From Chiloscyllium plagiosum (lineage: Eukaryota): a DNA stretch of 64,000 bases. A program made the translations under genes and the position numbers. Below the pieces are notes generated by a model. That model was not told where the DNA came from. It saw only the letters and a program-made list of their open reading frames with translations, and searched no databases. Location of the stretch: contig NC_057718.1 of assembly GCF_004010195.1 (NCBI RefSeq), forward strand, positions 10,840,460 through 10,904,459, read 5' to 3'. Below, one piece after another: positions 14,137 to 27,095 of the stretch (positions are counted from its first letter, which is position 1; each line of letters opens with the position of its first letter).

Positions 14137-14317
14137 GCTCAGGGAAATCTTACACAATGATGGGTTCAAAGGACAAGCCAGGTTTGATCCCCCGATTATG
14201 CAGCAAACTATTCGAGCGAGCATTGCAAGAGGCCAATGAGGAACAAACTTTCACTGTTGAAGTGTCATACATGGAAATCTACAATGAAAAGGTCCGCGAC
14301 CTCCTTGATCCAAAAGG
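14137..14317 (+). CDS. KIF13B: KIF13B exon ~6 (SGKSYTMMG...[18 protein letters not shown])
   Basis: gttag|GCTCAG...AAAAGG|gtaagt; 181 nt. Confidence 0.96.
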
Positions 14318-14451
14318 GTAAGTGAGAGAAAATAAAGGTGAAGAGCAAGCATACTTAAATCCGGAAGTGGAAGTCATTTTGTTGGGTATGCATTAACACA
14401 GTACTTCTGTACTGCTTTAACTTTAATTCACCATTGACATTTTTTCAACGA

Positions 14452-15950
14452 GGAGAAAGTGAGGACTGCAGATGCTGGAGATCAGAGTAGAGAGCGGGGT
14501 GCTGGAAAAGCACAGCAGGTCAGGCAGCATCCGAGGAGCAGACGAATCAACGTTTTGGGCACATGCCCTTCATCAGGAATGAGGCTTGTGGGCCAGGGTC
14601 TCTGATAAGCTGGAGAGGGATGCGACTGGGGGGAAGGTAACTGGGAATGCAGTAGGTAGATGAAGGTTGGGGAGAAGGTGATAGGTCGGAGAGGAGGGTG
14701 GAGTGGATAGATTGGAAAGATGATGGACAGGTCAAGTGGGCGGTGCTGAGTTGGAGGCTTGGGCCTGGGATAATGTTTGGGGGAGGGTGTGGGGAAGAGG
14801 TGGGGAGGGAATGATGAAACTGGTGAAATCTACATTGATCACATGTGGTTGCAGGGTCCCAAGGCGGAAGACATTGGTGGTTAGGGCTTGGTTATGGAGG
14901 ATGCCCAGGACCTGTATGTCCTTGGTGGAGTGGGAGAGGGAGTTTAACTGTTCTACCAAAGGGTGGTGGGGTTGATTGGTGCGGGTGCCCCAGAGATGTT
15001 CTCTGAAATGATACACAAATAGGCGTCCTGTGTCCCCGATATAGAGGAGACCACATCGGGTGTAACAGATACAGTAGATGACATTTGTGAAAGTACAGGT
15101 AAATTTCTGTCAAATGTGCAAGGACCTTTGGGGCCTTGGAGGTGAGGGGGAAGGTGTGGATGCAGGTTTTGCACCTCCTGTGGTGGCAGAGCTGGTTGGG
15201 GGGGGGGCTGGAATCTGTCAAGGGAGCTACAGAGGGAATGGTCTCTCTGGAGTGCTGATAGAGGTGGGGAGGGAAAAATATCCCTCGTGGTGGGGTTTGT
15301 ATGTAAGTGGTGGATGTGGCGGAGGATGATGCGATGTATTCGGAGGTTGGTGGGGTGGAAGGTGAGGACCAGAGGGGTGGGATTCAAGGGCAGAGTTGCG
15401 GGAAGTGGAGGAGATGCACTGGAGGGCATGGTTGACCATGTGGGAGAGGAAATCGCAGTCTATGAAGGAGGAGGCCATGTTGGATTTTCAGTGGTGAAAT
15501 TGGTCCTCCTGGGAACAGATGTGGCAGAAGCAGAGGAATTGGGAATAAAGGATGGCATTTTTACAGGAGGCAAGGTGGAAGGTGGTGTAGTCCAGGTAAC
15601 TCTGGTAATTGGTGGGGTTGTAGTAGATGTCTGAGATTAGATGGTCGCCAAAGGTGGATGCGGAAAGGTCCAGGAATGGGAGGGAGGTGTCTGTGATAAT
15701 CCATGTGAATTTGAGGGTGGGGTGAAAGGTGTTAGTGAACCGTTCAACCTCCTTGTGGGAGTATGAGTTAGTGCCGAAACAGTCATTCATGTAGCAGAGG
15801 AAAAGGTGTGGGTTGGCGCTGGTGTAGTTGTGCAAGATGGACTGTTCCACATACACGACAAAGAGGCAGGGATAGCTGGGGCCCATGCGGGTGTCCATGG
15901 CTACCCTTTTGGTTTGGAGGAAGTGAGAGGATTGGAAGGATTTCTTCCAC
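14452..15950 (-). mobile_element. Penelope-like retroelement, 5'-truncated (RT, GIY-YIG region, terminus with mutated hammerhead)
   Basis: MDTRMGPSYPCLF...LFLCYMND...LPFLDL, HFREHL; terminus 14452-14580 with CUGAUGA...AAAA core. Confidence 0.9.
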
Positions 15951-16084
15951 GAGGCAATTTTCTGTCTCTTTACACCTCGTGATGTGTGTCAACAGTATTA
16001 ATTTTTCTTCTTGCATGGATTAAACTTCATTGGTCTCATTTGTTGACACTTCAGTTGAGATCTACTTTTTGATCATGATTTCTT

Positions 16085-16270
16085 CAGCAAGATTTGCACA
16101 ATGTTGCCAGGGCTGGAGGATTTGAGCTACAGGGAGAGTCTGTATAGGCTGTGGCTGTTTTCCCGCAAGTGTTGGAGGCTGAGGGGTGACCTGATAGAGA
16201 TTTATAAAATCATGAGAAGTGAGGATAGGGTAAATAGACAAAGTTTTTTGCCTGGGGTGGGGGAGTCCTT
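16085..16270 (+). mobile_element. CR1 LINE fragment
   Basis: MLPGLEDLSYRE...LRGDLIEIYKIM. Confidence 0.85.
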
Positions 16271-17050
16271 GTTGCAATTAGAGAGGTGGGGTTCAAGTGC
16301 GGAAGTGTGGCAAGTAGAGGTGTACACACCCTGGCTCGTGTGCTCATGTGCACCGCCTCCCGCCCTGGCTCGTGTGAAATGCTATCCCTTATTCCCAATT
16401 CCTCCCCTCCCACGTGGTGGATGATGCCCTCCAGCGTATTTTCTCCACTTCCCACACCTGTAACCACAAGGACAGAATCCCTCCAGTTCTCACCTTCCAC
16501 CCCACCAACCTCTGTATACATCGCATCATTCTCTACCATTTCCATCACCTAAGAACAGACCCCACCACCAGGGAAAAATTTCCCTCCCCACCCCAATCTG
16601 CGTTCTGGAGAGACCATTCCTTCCACGACTCCCTTGTTAGGTACATGGCCCCCCACCAACCTTCCCTCCACTCCCGGCACCCTCCCCCGCCACCACAAGA
16701 AGTGCAAAACCTGTGTCCACACCTCTCCCCTTACCTCCATCCAAGGTTCCAAAGGATCCTTCCACATTCAACCGAGATTTACCTGTACTTCCACACATGT
16801 CATCTACTGTGTCCATTGCTCCTGATGTGGTTTCCTCTACACTGGGGAAATAGGATGCCAACTTGCGGATCGTTTCAAAGGACATCTCTGGGACGCGCGC
16901 AGTAAACCATCTCATCGTCCCATAACCAAACATTTCAACTCCTCCACCCACTCTACAAAGGACATGCACGTCCTGGGCTGCCTCCATGCCAAATCCTAAC
17001 CACCCGATGTCTGGAGGAAGAACGCCTCATCTTCTGCCTTGGGATCCTTT
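16270..17050 (+). mobile_element. Penelope-like fragment (GIY-YIG region) with a short inverted 5' piece
   Basis: PVLTFHPTNL, CKTCVH...FTCTSTHVIYCVHC; 16270-16322 is reverse-oriented PLE sequence. Confidence 0.85.
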
Positions 17051-17092
17051 CTGGAGATTGACATCACAAAGCACCTACTTTCTTGGAGGTGC

Positions 17093-17684
17093 TGCATGCA
17101 TACTCTTTATTCCAACATGGAATGAATGTGTTGGTTTTACTGTCCAACTCTAATTCTGCTTCAGGTGGAGATGAGCTACTTTTTTGAACCTCATACCTGT
17201 AGTTCATCACATGTTTTCAATTCATATGTAAAGAACCAGAGAATCTCATCACTACATATGACTTTTCTCTTAATGCTGACTGGAGTGTGGCTTAAACAAA
17301 TCCTGTCTTTAGCCATATTTATCTCTTGATATTAGAAAAAACTTATTTTAGTGGGTTGTGTGAGGATGAATAATAGGTGAGGATACCCTGCTTGATGGAG
17401 AAGATAAAGTAAGTGGTATTTTAATTATCTTATTTCCTCACATATCTGCCTGTAGCATCATGCGCGACGAAATGTATCCAGTCAGCCACAACGGGCCAAT
17501 GAGCCTCCTGCACTGATGAGAAGAATGAGATTCTCTGGTTTTTTACATAATATGAATTGAAAACATGTGGTGAACAACAGGTATGAGGTTCAAAAAAGCA
17601 GCTCACCTCCACCTGAAGCAGAATTTGAGTTGAACAGTAAAACCAATACATTCATTCCATGGTGGAATAAATAGTATGTATGCA
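17093..17684. repeat. Long imperfect inverted repeat (arms 17093-17249 and 17525-17684)
   Basis: Arms are reverse complements; ORF-track peptides 17126+ and 17430- are near-identical. Confidence 0.9.
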
Positions 17685-18092
17685 ATAGAACAGTTTTACA
17701 GAATATATTCCAAGACATGCCAACCCATTGGTCAGCCACCCCATTCCAATTGCTACATTCTAACCAATGTGCAATTAACAATTTGCATTAGAAATGATCC
17801 AGAGAAGCTTCAAAATGGTGAACTAAGAAAATAAAATTAGAAACGTTTCAGAATTTTGATCTCCTGAATGAAAGGTTCTTACTTCTTGATTGAAGAGGAA
17901 CATTATGGCATTGGTTCCACTTTGTAAAGTGCATCACCAGCTGCTCAAAATGCAGACCTTGCAGTCTCATTATTGTTTCATATCTGTCAGCACTATTCTG
18001 ATATGAAACCAGAGATACAAATACAATTTGTTTCTCACCTGAATTTTTTAAAATTTTATTTTGTTATACATTTTTGCGCACTTGTTTTATAG

Positions 18093-18180
18093 GAGCCGAC
18101 ACACTTTGAAGGTGAGGGAACACAAAGTTTTAGGTCCATATGTGGACGGTCTGTCCAAACTGGCTGTGACAAGCTACAAG
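18093..18180 (+). CDS. KIF13B: KIF13B exon ~7 ([29 protein letters not shown])
   Basis: tatag|GAGCCG...TACAAG|gtaagg; 88 nt. Confidence 0.96.
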
Positions 18181-19061
18181 GTAAGGAATATAATTAATCA
18201 AACTGTGTCAAACATGATTTTGTGGGTAGCAACTTCTAAAATGTAGCAGAAGTAAGGTTTTCAAGTGGTTGGTGTTACCACAAACCAAAACACTGGTTAC
18301 AATTGAAGTCGCTACAAAAAAAAATTACTACTTTATTCAAAGCCTTCAGTTTAAAATTTAGTGGTTAAAAATCTTAAGATTTATGCTATTGGATTTTATT
18401 GCCAACATGACAGACTGTTTTGTGTACACGCTATTGCTTGAGGTGTTATTTACTATATTTTGGTTGAAGCAAATGGCTGAACGGTTGTAAATATTCTTGG
18501 AAACAATGCTGACTTTGTTTTAATTTTCAACATGCTGGAAGTTTTTGACAACTGAAATTTTCAGAAACTTTGGTTTTCATCTCTTACTTTTCTTCTTAAA
18601 CCAAAGTTAATTCAGTTACACTTGCTCTCCTCTATTCCCTGCCACCAAGTAAATTTAAAAATAGCATATTGTGGGAGTCTCCCAAGTTGTGTGTCTGAAG
18701 TTGCGCATCTTTCTGACTTGGGTGTATATTGTTGTTTCCTTCTAATCTACAACATACAACTCTTAAGGGGTGCACCAACAGAGAGACCCAGTGTTTGGGC
18801 GACAGGGTATTCTTGGTGGTATGTCACTCCTACACATGACGTATGGTCTAATATAATGCATTAAAATAGTTGAAATTTTGCCAAGCATGCAAAGAAGTTT
18901 TAGACTGGACTTGACTTGCAGCTGCTGTCTAAGCTTCCCCAGTTTTCTTAAAGATGTGACTAAGATGCTTTCAACATAAAGTGACAAAAATTCTTAAATG
19001 CAGCATATGGAGGTAACACATTATCTGCAGTACACCACTCCAAGTATTATATTTCCCCCCA

Positions 19062-19410
19062 GGTCTGGCAGTATCTGTGGAGAGAAAGCAGACTTAACAT
19101 CTTGGGTCCAGTGACTCCTCTTCAGAATGGACTGTAGCTAGAAAAAGTTTGGTAGATATGGAGTGGGGTGAGGGGGAGGAGTAAAGATAAGTGGAGATGG
19201 AGCCCAGAGAGAGAGAGAGAGAGAAACAATTGAGCAGACAAAGGAATGCCTGAAGGTCAGCCTGGGATAATAGCTGCTAATGTGAACTGTTAGTGACTGA
19301 CAATGGGTTTTTGTGGGGTTGTTACCCACAAACTCTCTAGGCTCTATCTGCTGCCAGACCTGCATTTTTCCAGCAATTACAGATTTTGTTTCTGATTTAC
19401 AATATCTGCA
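19062..19410. mobile_element. Old Penelope-terminus element with inverted ends
   Basis: ggtctggcag at left versus ctgccagacc at right; degenerate hammerhead region near 19095-19128 (-). Confidence 0.55.
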
Positions 19411-19669
19411 CTTGTGTGTTTGTTTGTTTTTTCAAACCATATCCCCTGTCTCACAAGAAAATAGTTTTTTTCTTGGAACAAGACAAGTGACAAGTTATTT
19501 GCAGCTCTCAAGCTTTTAAGAGGCTGTCTGTTGGGAGCTGTCATAAGATTTGAAATGAATGACCTTGATTGTACCTATTTTAAGATAACAGGAAATTCGA
19601 ACAGAATGGGAAAAAAGTTCTATGGGAGAGGGCAATATTTTAAAAAAACATGTTTCTCTTATTCAACAG

Positions 19670-19804
19670 GACATTGAGTCTTTGATGTCAGAAGGGAATA
19701 AGTCTCGAACAGTTGCTGCAACGAACATGAATGAGGAGAGTAGTCGTTCCCATGCAGTATTCAACATTATCCTTACACACACACTATATGATCTCCAATC
19801 TGGG
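19670..19804 (+). CDS. KIF13B: KIF13B exon ~8 ([11 protein letters not shown]...NEESSRSH...QSG)
   Basis: caacag|GACATT...TCTGGG|gtgagg; 135 nt; switch I. Confidence 0.96.
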
Positions 19805-19985
19805 GTGAGGAAATATGCATTGAAATCTATTTGAATTTTAGAGGTGCTGCTTATGTGCAGGAGGTAGCCTGGGTGCTCAGGTGAAGTAGTTGCAAATGGG
19901 TATCAAGTAGAAAACAGTAAGAGATCTCTATGACTCTAATACTCAATAAGATGAAGATTTAATGGGAAAATTGGCTTCTAAAAGC

Positions 19986-20184
19986 TGGGAGGCAAGCAGG
20001 AGGCTGGAAGAACACAGCAAGCCAGACAGCATCGGGAGGTGGAGAAGTCAATGTTTCTGGTGTAACCCTTTTTACGCCTGAAATGTTGACTTCTCCACCT
20101 CCTAATGCTACCTGGCTAGCTATGTTCTTCCAAGCTCCTGCGTGCCTACCTTGGATTTCAGTATCTGCAGTTTTTTTTGTCTCT
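19986..20184. mobile_element. Palindromic Penelope-terminus mini-element with 10-bp TSD
   Basis: Arms about 19991-20064 and 20072-20147 are reverse complements; TTCTAAAAGC at 19976-19985 and 20185-20194. Confidence 0.75.
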
Positions 20185-20399
20185 TTCTAAAAGCAAGGAG
20201 GCTATTTTGAACTATGCCCAGAGTTCCAAAATGCACTGTGGCTCATTGAGTGGGCTGTGGTGGAGTGCAATGGAGAAAACAAGATCTCATTTTAGGCAGA
20301 GTGTGCTTGGACCAAATTATGGTTAAATCAAAGTGGGGTGGTGCCATGTGGAATTTGAAAGCCAAGGTGACAATTTTGAAGTCAAATGGTGGAATTATT

Positions 20400-20965
20400 C
20401 ACAATTACTGAAACCGATGATTGTCAGGGTTGTGTGGATCAATTTCTATAAGGCAGATTACACCTTATCAACTTTATAGGCTTCTTAGAAGCAGGAACTG
20501 GGCATTAGAAAAAGTGGATGTGGTTTATTTGCAATTTCAAAAACATCTGAAAGGTGTCGCATGGAGTTACAGCAAGCATAATATTGTATTTGTGGCAATG
20601 TGTCACACAAATAGAAAGACAGATGTTGGAGAAGAAAACTTCTTGGTCTGTGAAGGTCTGAAGGAATATAGCACAGATGCAGTCTTAGGGTAAGGGGCCA
20701 ATTATTTAGAATTGAGATGAGGCGTTTCCTCATTCAAAAGGTTGTGAATCTTTGGAGTTTTATGCCAGTAGAGGGTTGTGGAGTTTCCACTGCTGAATAC
20801 ATTCATCATTGGGATAGGTAGGTATTTGCTGTTCAGGGAATTGAAGGACATAGAATGTGGGCGGGAAAGCTGAGTTGGAAGCCCTAGATCAGCCACTGTT
20901 ATATTAAATGGTGGAACAGGCTTGACAGACTGCATGGCCTAAGTCTGCTCCTATTTCATGGGTTC
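20400..20965 (+). mobile_element. Old, internally deleted CR1
   Basis: VDVVYLQFQK peptide; CR1-type 3' UTR ending ctgctcctattt. Confidence 0.6.
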
Positions 20966-21086
20966 TTGGTTTTATATCTTGGGTCATCTTGGGAAAGAAA
21001 AGTGGTTTGGATTAGGAGAGGAATTAATTTTTGAGATTCCTGTATAGCCAGATGTGAGCTAACTGCAGTATTTTCTTTCTATATAG

Positions 21087-21199
21087 ACTTCAGGTGAGAA
21101 GGTGAGTAAACTGAGCCTTGTGGACCTGGCAGGCAGTGAGAGGGCAGCGAAATCTGGAGCTGCTGGAGATCGATTAAAGGAAGGAAGCAACATTAATAA
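21087..21199 (+). CDS. KIF13B: KIF13B exon ~9 ([19 protein letters not shown]...EGSNIN)
   Basis: atatag|ACTTCA...AATAA|gtgagc; 113 nt; switch II. Confidence 0.96.
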
Positions 21200-21739
21200 G
21201 TGAGCTTTCGTGATCGCTGTGATGAAATGTTCAATTTACAGCTACTTACTAATTGGTGCTTATAAAAATAATATTCCAAAGCTATAGGTGTCAATTGTGC
21301 AGGATTACTACCCCTTAACTCCAAATCAGATGGGCAAGCCATTATCTAAACATAAGAACTATTGGCATTGTGACTTGTTGAGGGAGTCGCTATTCATCCT
21401 TGCCTCTTTTTCTTTAGAAGTCTAATGTTGAAAGGAACATATTCATTTTTCCAACTCTTTTAAAAAGGATCTTAGATTTTGTGTAGGACGTGCAATTCTC
21501 TATCAACCCCTCTCGGAATATTTTTGGCCATTCAAAAGGATTCAATAAAAAAATCCTACCTTTTAATTTTTGACCTGAATTGTAATAGTTGAAGGAGAAA
21601 CGTTCCATTTACTTGACATTCCAAGTCCAATATGGCAGGTTGATGTATACTGAATCTACTGCATTATCTTTCCCAGTAATCTGTGAAGTTGTTTATATTT
21701 AAACAACTCCTTACTATCCTTGGCTTGGCTACTTGATTG

Positions 21740-22324
21740 AGTCATAGAGATATACAGCACAGAAAAACACCCTTAGGTCCAATTAGTCCATGTTGACCAA
21801 ATAAATCCAGTCCCATTTGTTAGCATTTGGCCCACGTCCCTCTAAACCCTTCCGTTTCATATACCCATCCAGATGCCTTTTAAATGTTAGGATTGTACCA
21901 ACCTCCACCACTTCCTCTGGCCTCTCCATTCTATACGTGCACCAACCTCTGCGTGAAAAAGTTGCCCCTTAGGTCCATTTTAAATCTTTCCACTCTCACC
22001 TTAAACCTATACCTTCTTGTTTAGGCACCCCCATCTTGGGGAGAAGACGTTGTCTATTTACCCTATCTATGCCCTTCATGACTTGATAAACCTCGATAAA
22101 GTTATCCCCTCAGACTCTGGTCCAGCAAAACGACCCCCAGTCTATTCAGCCTTCCTCTCTAGCCCATACCCTCCAGCCCTGACAACATTCTTGTAAGTCT
22201 TTTCTGAACCCTTTCAAGTTTCGCAACTTCCTTCCAATAGGAAGGAGACCAGAATTGCATGCAATATTCCAAAAGGGGCCTAACTGATGTCCTGTATAGC
22301 CACAATATGACCTTCCAACTCCTA
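21740..22324 (-). mobile_element. CR1 LINE 3' fragment
   Basis: GAGTCATAGAGA tail; colinear with 1-450. Confidence 0.85.
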
Positions 22325-24860
22325 TAGAGTCATAGAGATGTACAGCACGGAAACAGACCCTTCGGTCCAACCCGTCCATGCCGACCAGATATCCCAACCC
22401 AATCTAGTCCCACCTGCCAGCACCTGGCCCAAATCCCTCCAAACCCTTCCAATCATATACCCATCCAAATGCCTCTTAAATGTTGCAATTGTACCAGCCT
22501 CCACCACATCCTTTGGCAGCTCATTCCATACACATACCACCCTCTGTGTGAAAACGTTGCCCTTTGGGTCTCTTTTATATCTTTCCCCTCTCACCCGAAA
22601 CCTATGCCATCTAGTTCTGGACTCCCCGACCCTGCCTATTTATCCTATCCATGCCCCTCATAATTTAGTAAACTTCTATAAGGTCACCCCTCAGCCTCCG
22701 ATGCTCCAGGGAAAACAGCCCCAGCCTGTTCAGCCTCTCCCTGTAGCTCAGATCCTCCAACCCTAGCAACATCCTTGTAAATCTTTTCTGAACCGTTTCA
22801 AGTTTCGCAACATCTTTCCGATAGGAAGGAGATCAGAATTGTATGCAATATTCTAACAGTGGCATAACCAATTTCCTGTACGGCTGCAACATGACCTCCC
22901 AACTCCTGTACTCAATACTCTGACCAATAAAGGTAAGCATAGCAAACGCCTTCTTTACTATCCTATCTAACTGCAACTGCACTTTCAAGGAGCTATGAAC
23001 CTGCACTTGAAGGTCTCTTTGTTCAGCAACACTCCCTAGGATCTTACCATTAAGTGTATAAGTCCTGCTAAGATTTGCTTTCCCAAAATGCAGCACCTCA
23101 CATTTATCTGAATTAAACTCCATCTGCCCATTTGCCCATCTGGTCCAGATCCTGTCGTAATCTGAGGTAACCCTCTTCACTGTCCACTACATCTCCAATT
23201 TTGGTGTCATCTGTAAACTTACTAACTGTACCTCTTATGTTCGCATCCAAATCATTTATGTAAATGACAAAAATTAGAAGACCCAGCACCGATCCTTGTG
23301 GCACTCCACTGGTNNNNNNNNNNNNNNNNNNNNNNNNNNNNNNNNNNNNNNNNNNNNNNNNNNNNNNNNNNNNNNNNNNNNNNNNNNNNNNNNNNNNNNN
23401 NNNNNNNNNNNNNNNNNNNNNNNNNNNNNNNNNNNNNNNNNNNNNNNNNNNNNNNNNNNNNNNNNNNNNNNNNNNNNNNNNNNNNNNNNNNNNNNNNNNN
23501 NNNNNNNNNNNNNNNNNNNNNNNNNNNNNNNNNNNNNNNNNNNNNNNNNNNNNNNNNNNNNNNNNNNNNNNNNNNNNNNNTTCAAGACATCCAGCACTTC
23601 CTCCTCCTCTGTAATCTGGACATTTTGCAAGATGTCACCATCTATTTCCCTACAGTTTATATCTTCCATATCCTTTTCCACAGTAAATACTGATGCAAAA
23701 TATTCATTTAGTAACTCCCCCATTTTCTGTGGCTCCACACAAAGGCTGCCTTGCTGATCTTCGAGGGGCCCTATTCTCTCCCTAGTTACTCTTTTGTCCT
23801 TAATATATTTGTAAAACCTCTTTGGATTCTCCTTAATTCTATTTGCCAAAGCTATCTCATGTCCCCTTTTTGCCCTCCTGATCACCCTCTTAAGCATACT
23901 CCTACTTTCTTTATACTCTTCTAAGGATTCACTCGATCTATCCTGTCTGTACCTGACATATGTTTCCTTCTTTTTCTTAACCAAACCCTCAATTTCTTTA
24001 GTCATCCAGCATTCCTATAGCTATCAGCCTTCCCTTTCACCCTGACAGGAATATACTCTCTCTGGATTCTTGTTATCTCATTACTGAAGCCTTCCCATTT
24101 TCCAACCGTCCCTTTATCTGCGAACGTCTGCCTCCAATCAGCTTTTGAAAGTTCTTGCCTAATACCATCAAAATTGGCCTTTCTCCCATTTAGAACTTCA
24201 ACTTTTAGATCTGGTCTATCTTTTTCCATCACTATGTTAAAATGAATAGAATTATGGTCGCTAGCCCCAAAGTACTCCCCCACTGACACCTCAGTCACTT
24301 GCCCTGCCTTATTTCCCAAGAGTAGGTCAAGTTTTGCACCTTCTCTAGTAGGTACATCTACATACTGAATCAGAAAATTGTCTTGTATGCACTTAAGAAA
24401 TTCCTCTCCATCTAAACCTTTACCACTATAGCAGTCCCAGTCGATGTTTGGAAAGATAAAATCCCCTACCATAACCACCCTATTATTCTTACAGATAGCT
24501 GAGATATCCTTACAAGTTTGTTTCTCAATTTCCACCTGACTATTGGGGGGGTCTATAATACAATCCCAATAAGGTGACCATCCCTTTCTTATTTCTCAGT
24601 TCCACCCAAATAACTTCCCTGGATGTACTTCTGGAAATATCCTCCCTCAGCACAGCTGTAATGCTATCCCTTATCAAAAGTGCCACTCCCCCTCCTCTCA
24701 CTGTTTGACTCACTTCGTTTCTCAGCTGTACCCATCTAAGATCGATCTCTTTCCCTGGGTCGTCCTCCTCTCTCCCCCCCCCCCCCCCCCACTTACTAGT
24801 TTAAACCCTCCCAAGCATTTCTAGCAAATTTCCCTGCCAGTACTTTAGTCCCCTTCACAT
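22325..24860 (-). mobile_element. Younger CR1 LINE (endonuclease and RT parts; spans N gap)
   Basis: VVMVGDFIFPNIDW, LDLLLGN, GASDHNSI (APE endonuclease); PQGSVLG...YINDLD...KFTDDTKIG (RT). Confidence 0.92.
23314..23580. other. Assembly gap (267 N)
   Basis: Run of N inside the CR1. Confidence 1.
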
Positions 24861-25149
24861 ATTTTTTAAATAAATGTTAGAACAAACCTTAATGACTCTC
24901 AGCTATCTATCTAATATGAGGGATCTACTACCGTGAAAAATTTTGAAGTCCTTCTGCTCTATGACTTAATTTCTTTTTTTCTCATGTTTGATTCTGAAAG
25001 CCCTTTTAACTTGGTGTCCATAATTTACCTTCAGGAGTAAATTCTAATTTGTATTCTAAATTTGCATTAGTATGGAAAATGTCCTTTGAGCAATCAGAAC
25101 TTTCCATTTCCATGGAACATCAGTGTTGAATATGAATGTATGAATTGAG

Positions 25150-25510
25150 CCAAATTGTGGTAATGTCACTGGAATAGCATTCCAGGACACCAGCCATTCA
25201 TTTTCCATAGACGTGAGTTTGAATTCTAACATGACAAGTGATGAAATTCAAATTCAGTAACTATCTGAATTAAAAGCCAGCATGATGGAAACTAGAATGC
25301 TGTCAATTGTAATAAAAATCCATTTGGTTCATTTAAGTCCTTCAAAAGAAGGAAAACATGTCCCTGTCTGGTTTGGCCTACATGTAACTCCGGACCACAG
25401 GAGTGTAGTTGTCTTGTAACTACCCTTGGAAAAGGCCTAGTAAGCCATTTGGTTCCAAGGCATATAGGGATGGCCATAAGGGTTGGCCCTGCTATCGATG
25501 CTCTCATGTG
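25150..25510 (+). mobile_element. tRNA-derived SINE, second family (older copy)
   Basis: Colinear with the reverse complement of 53710-54012 (ggttca.taa.gtc, tggcctacatgt.actcc). Confidence 0.7.
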
Positions 25511-25653
25511 TAAATTAAATTTTTAAAAAGTTCCTGTTAGAATGAAAAATATTATTAGATGGTCCTCACGATTATTGGTCTTGCTTGCGAATGGATGAAA
25601 GTACATTTTCTTAGTGATATAGTGTTTCTTTATGTTAAATCTTCCTTCCCCAG

Positions 25654-25765
25654 ATCTTTAACAACACTAGGCCTAGTAATTTCTGCTTTGGCAGATCAGG
25701 CTGCTGGTAAAAACAAGAACAAGTTCGTTCCTTACAGAGACTCTGTACTGACTTGGCTACTCAAG
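25654..25765 (+). CDS. KIF13B: KIF13B exon ~10 ([14 protein letters not shown]...[13 protein letters not shown])
   Basis: ccccag|ATCTTT...CTCAAG|gtaaat; 112 nt. Confidence 0.96.
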
Positions 25766-26894
25766 GTAAATTGTTACTTTACACCTGGTTTACGATTTTT
25801 CAAAGTTAAGACCTCCAGCCTTTGTTTTGTCAGATGTCTGTCTGTACTTCTGTATCCTGTGAAAGCAGAGCAGAGGCTAAGTGATTAGGTGAGAGAAGGA
25901 GAAGTTGGTATCTTAAAAACTGACTGATTTTATTGAAAGCTACCTATCTGTTCTTGTTCCCAAGAGTGGTATATTGTATGAGGAGAAAATAGAAACATTT
26001 TTCTTCCAGTGGAGAGGTGATATAACAGACACAGTCACAAGATTTGTATTGAAACTTGTTTACAGTCAGCTTTGCCTTTTGTAAACTTTGAATGTGGACT
26101 GCTGTCATGTGTACAGCTCTGGTTCAATAGAACAGTGTTTAGTGTTCTTTATCTTGTTATGTAAATATACCACACCCAGTAATTCTCTTTTCTAGACCTG
26201 TTTTATGCCTAATTGGCTGATTCGAGCCATGAGGCTTCATGTGGCTGAACACCATCCTGTGGTGTCTGCTATGAAGTGGACATCTGATCATAGAATCAAG
26301 TTCTGACAACCTGCTATCCCCAGATTGCGTACCCTGCTTCTTTAGAGTTTCTAGAATACTATTTGGTTACTGGTGACTTGGATGTGGTGCTGGGTTCATA
26401 GTACTTCACCCCACACCCAGACTTTGGAAGAGTAGAAAGAATGTGGTGATGAAGATTAGATGATTATGAAGGGCTGTACATCTATTCAACTATTTGAGAG
26501 TCAGTTTTGTTAATTACTTCGCTCTGCTTCTTTCAGATGTGGAAAGTAGTTTAGCTAGCTCTTACTGACCTGCACCAAAGGTGGATTCAAAGTTTGCAGT
26601 CTGAAGCACCAGTTGAATTCTTTCAGCTAACACTTTCTGTTTCTGGTTATGTTTGCCTGTTGTTTGAGGGCAACCAGAAGAAGAAAGATGACTTCGTAAT
26701 AAGGAGCTGATGTTTTTATTGCTGCTGCTGCTGTTGTCCTTTCTGGCATAGATATCTGAACGGGTCTAAATTCCGTCCTCCTCAGCCAATAAGGCTGGGT
26801 GGAACTAGGTGAGATTTGTTTGGCATGATGAGTAAGAAAGTAGGGGTATATATATGTTTTTCTTGATCTAACCTTCCTCTGTTTCTCCACGATG

Positions 26895-27095
26895 AAGCAA
26901 GCATAGATAATAGGAGCAGAAATCGGCCAGTCAGCCCTTTGAGCCTGCTTTGCCATTCAATTTGGTCATGGTTGATCATCCAGCTCAATACCCTGGTCCA
27001 GCTTTCACTCATACCCTTTGATCCGTTTACCTCTGAGTTTTGTCTAACTCCTTTGTGTTTTGGCCTCAACCATTGCATAGAATTCCCAAGCCTCA
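26895..27095 (-). mobile_element. CR1-type 3' end fragment
   Basis: ataggagcag...ggcc..tcagccc terminus, shared with about 38460 and 60700. Confidence 0.6.

Noticed and set aside
14547..16987. Dense cluster of overlapping ORFs suggesting a nested gene
   Set aside because: All frames derive from decayed Penelope and CR1 fragments with stops and frameshifts.
17126..17651. Two similar small proteins on opposite strands
   Set aside because: A by-product of the inverted repeat; no protein similarity recognised and no splice support.
23264..23757. Long ORFs containing X runs (also 30507-31422)
   Set aside because: Artefacts of N gaps; the flanks are CR1 or PLE sequence.
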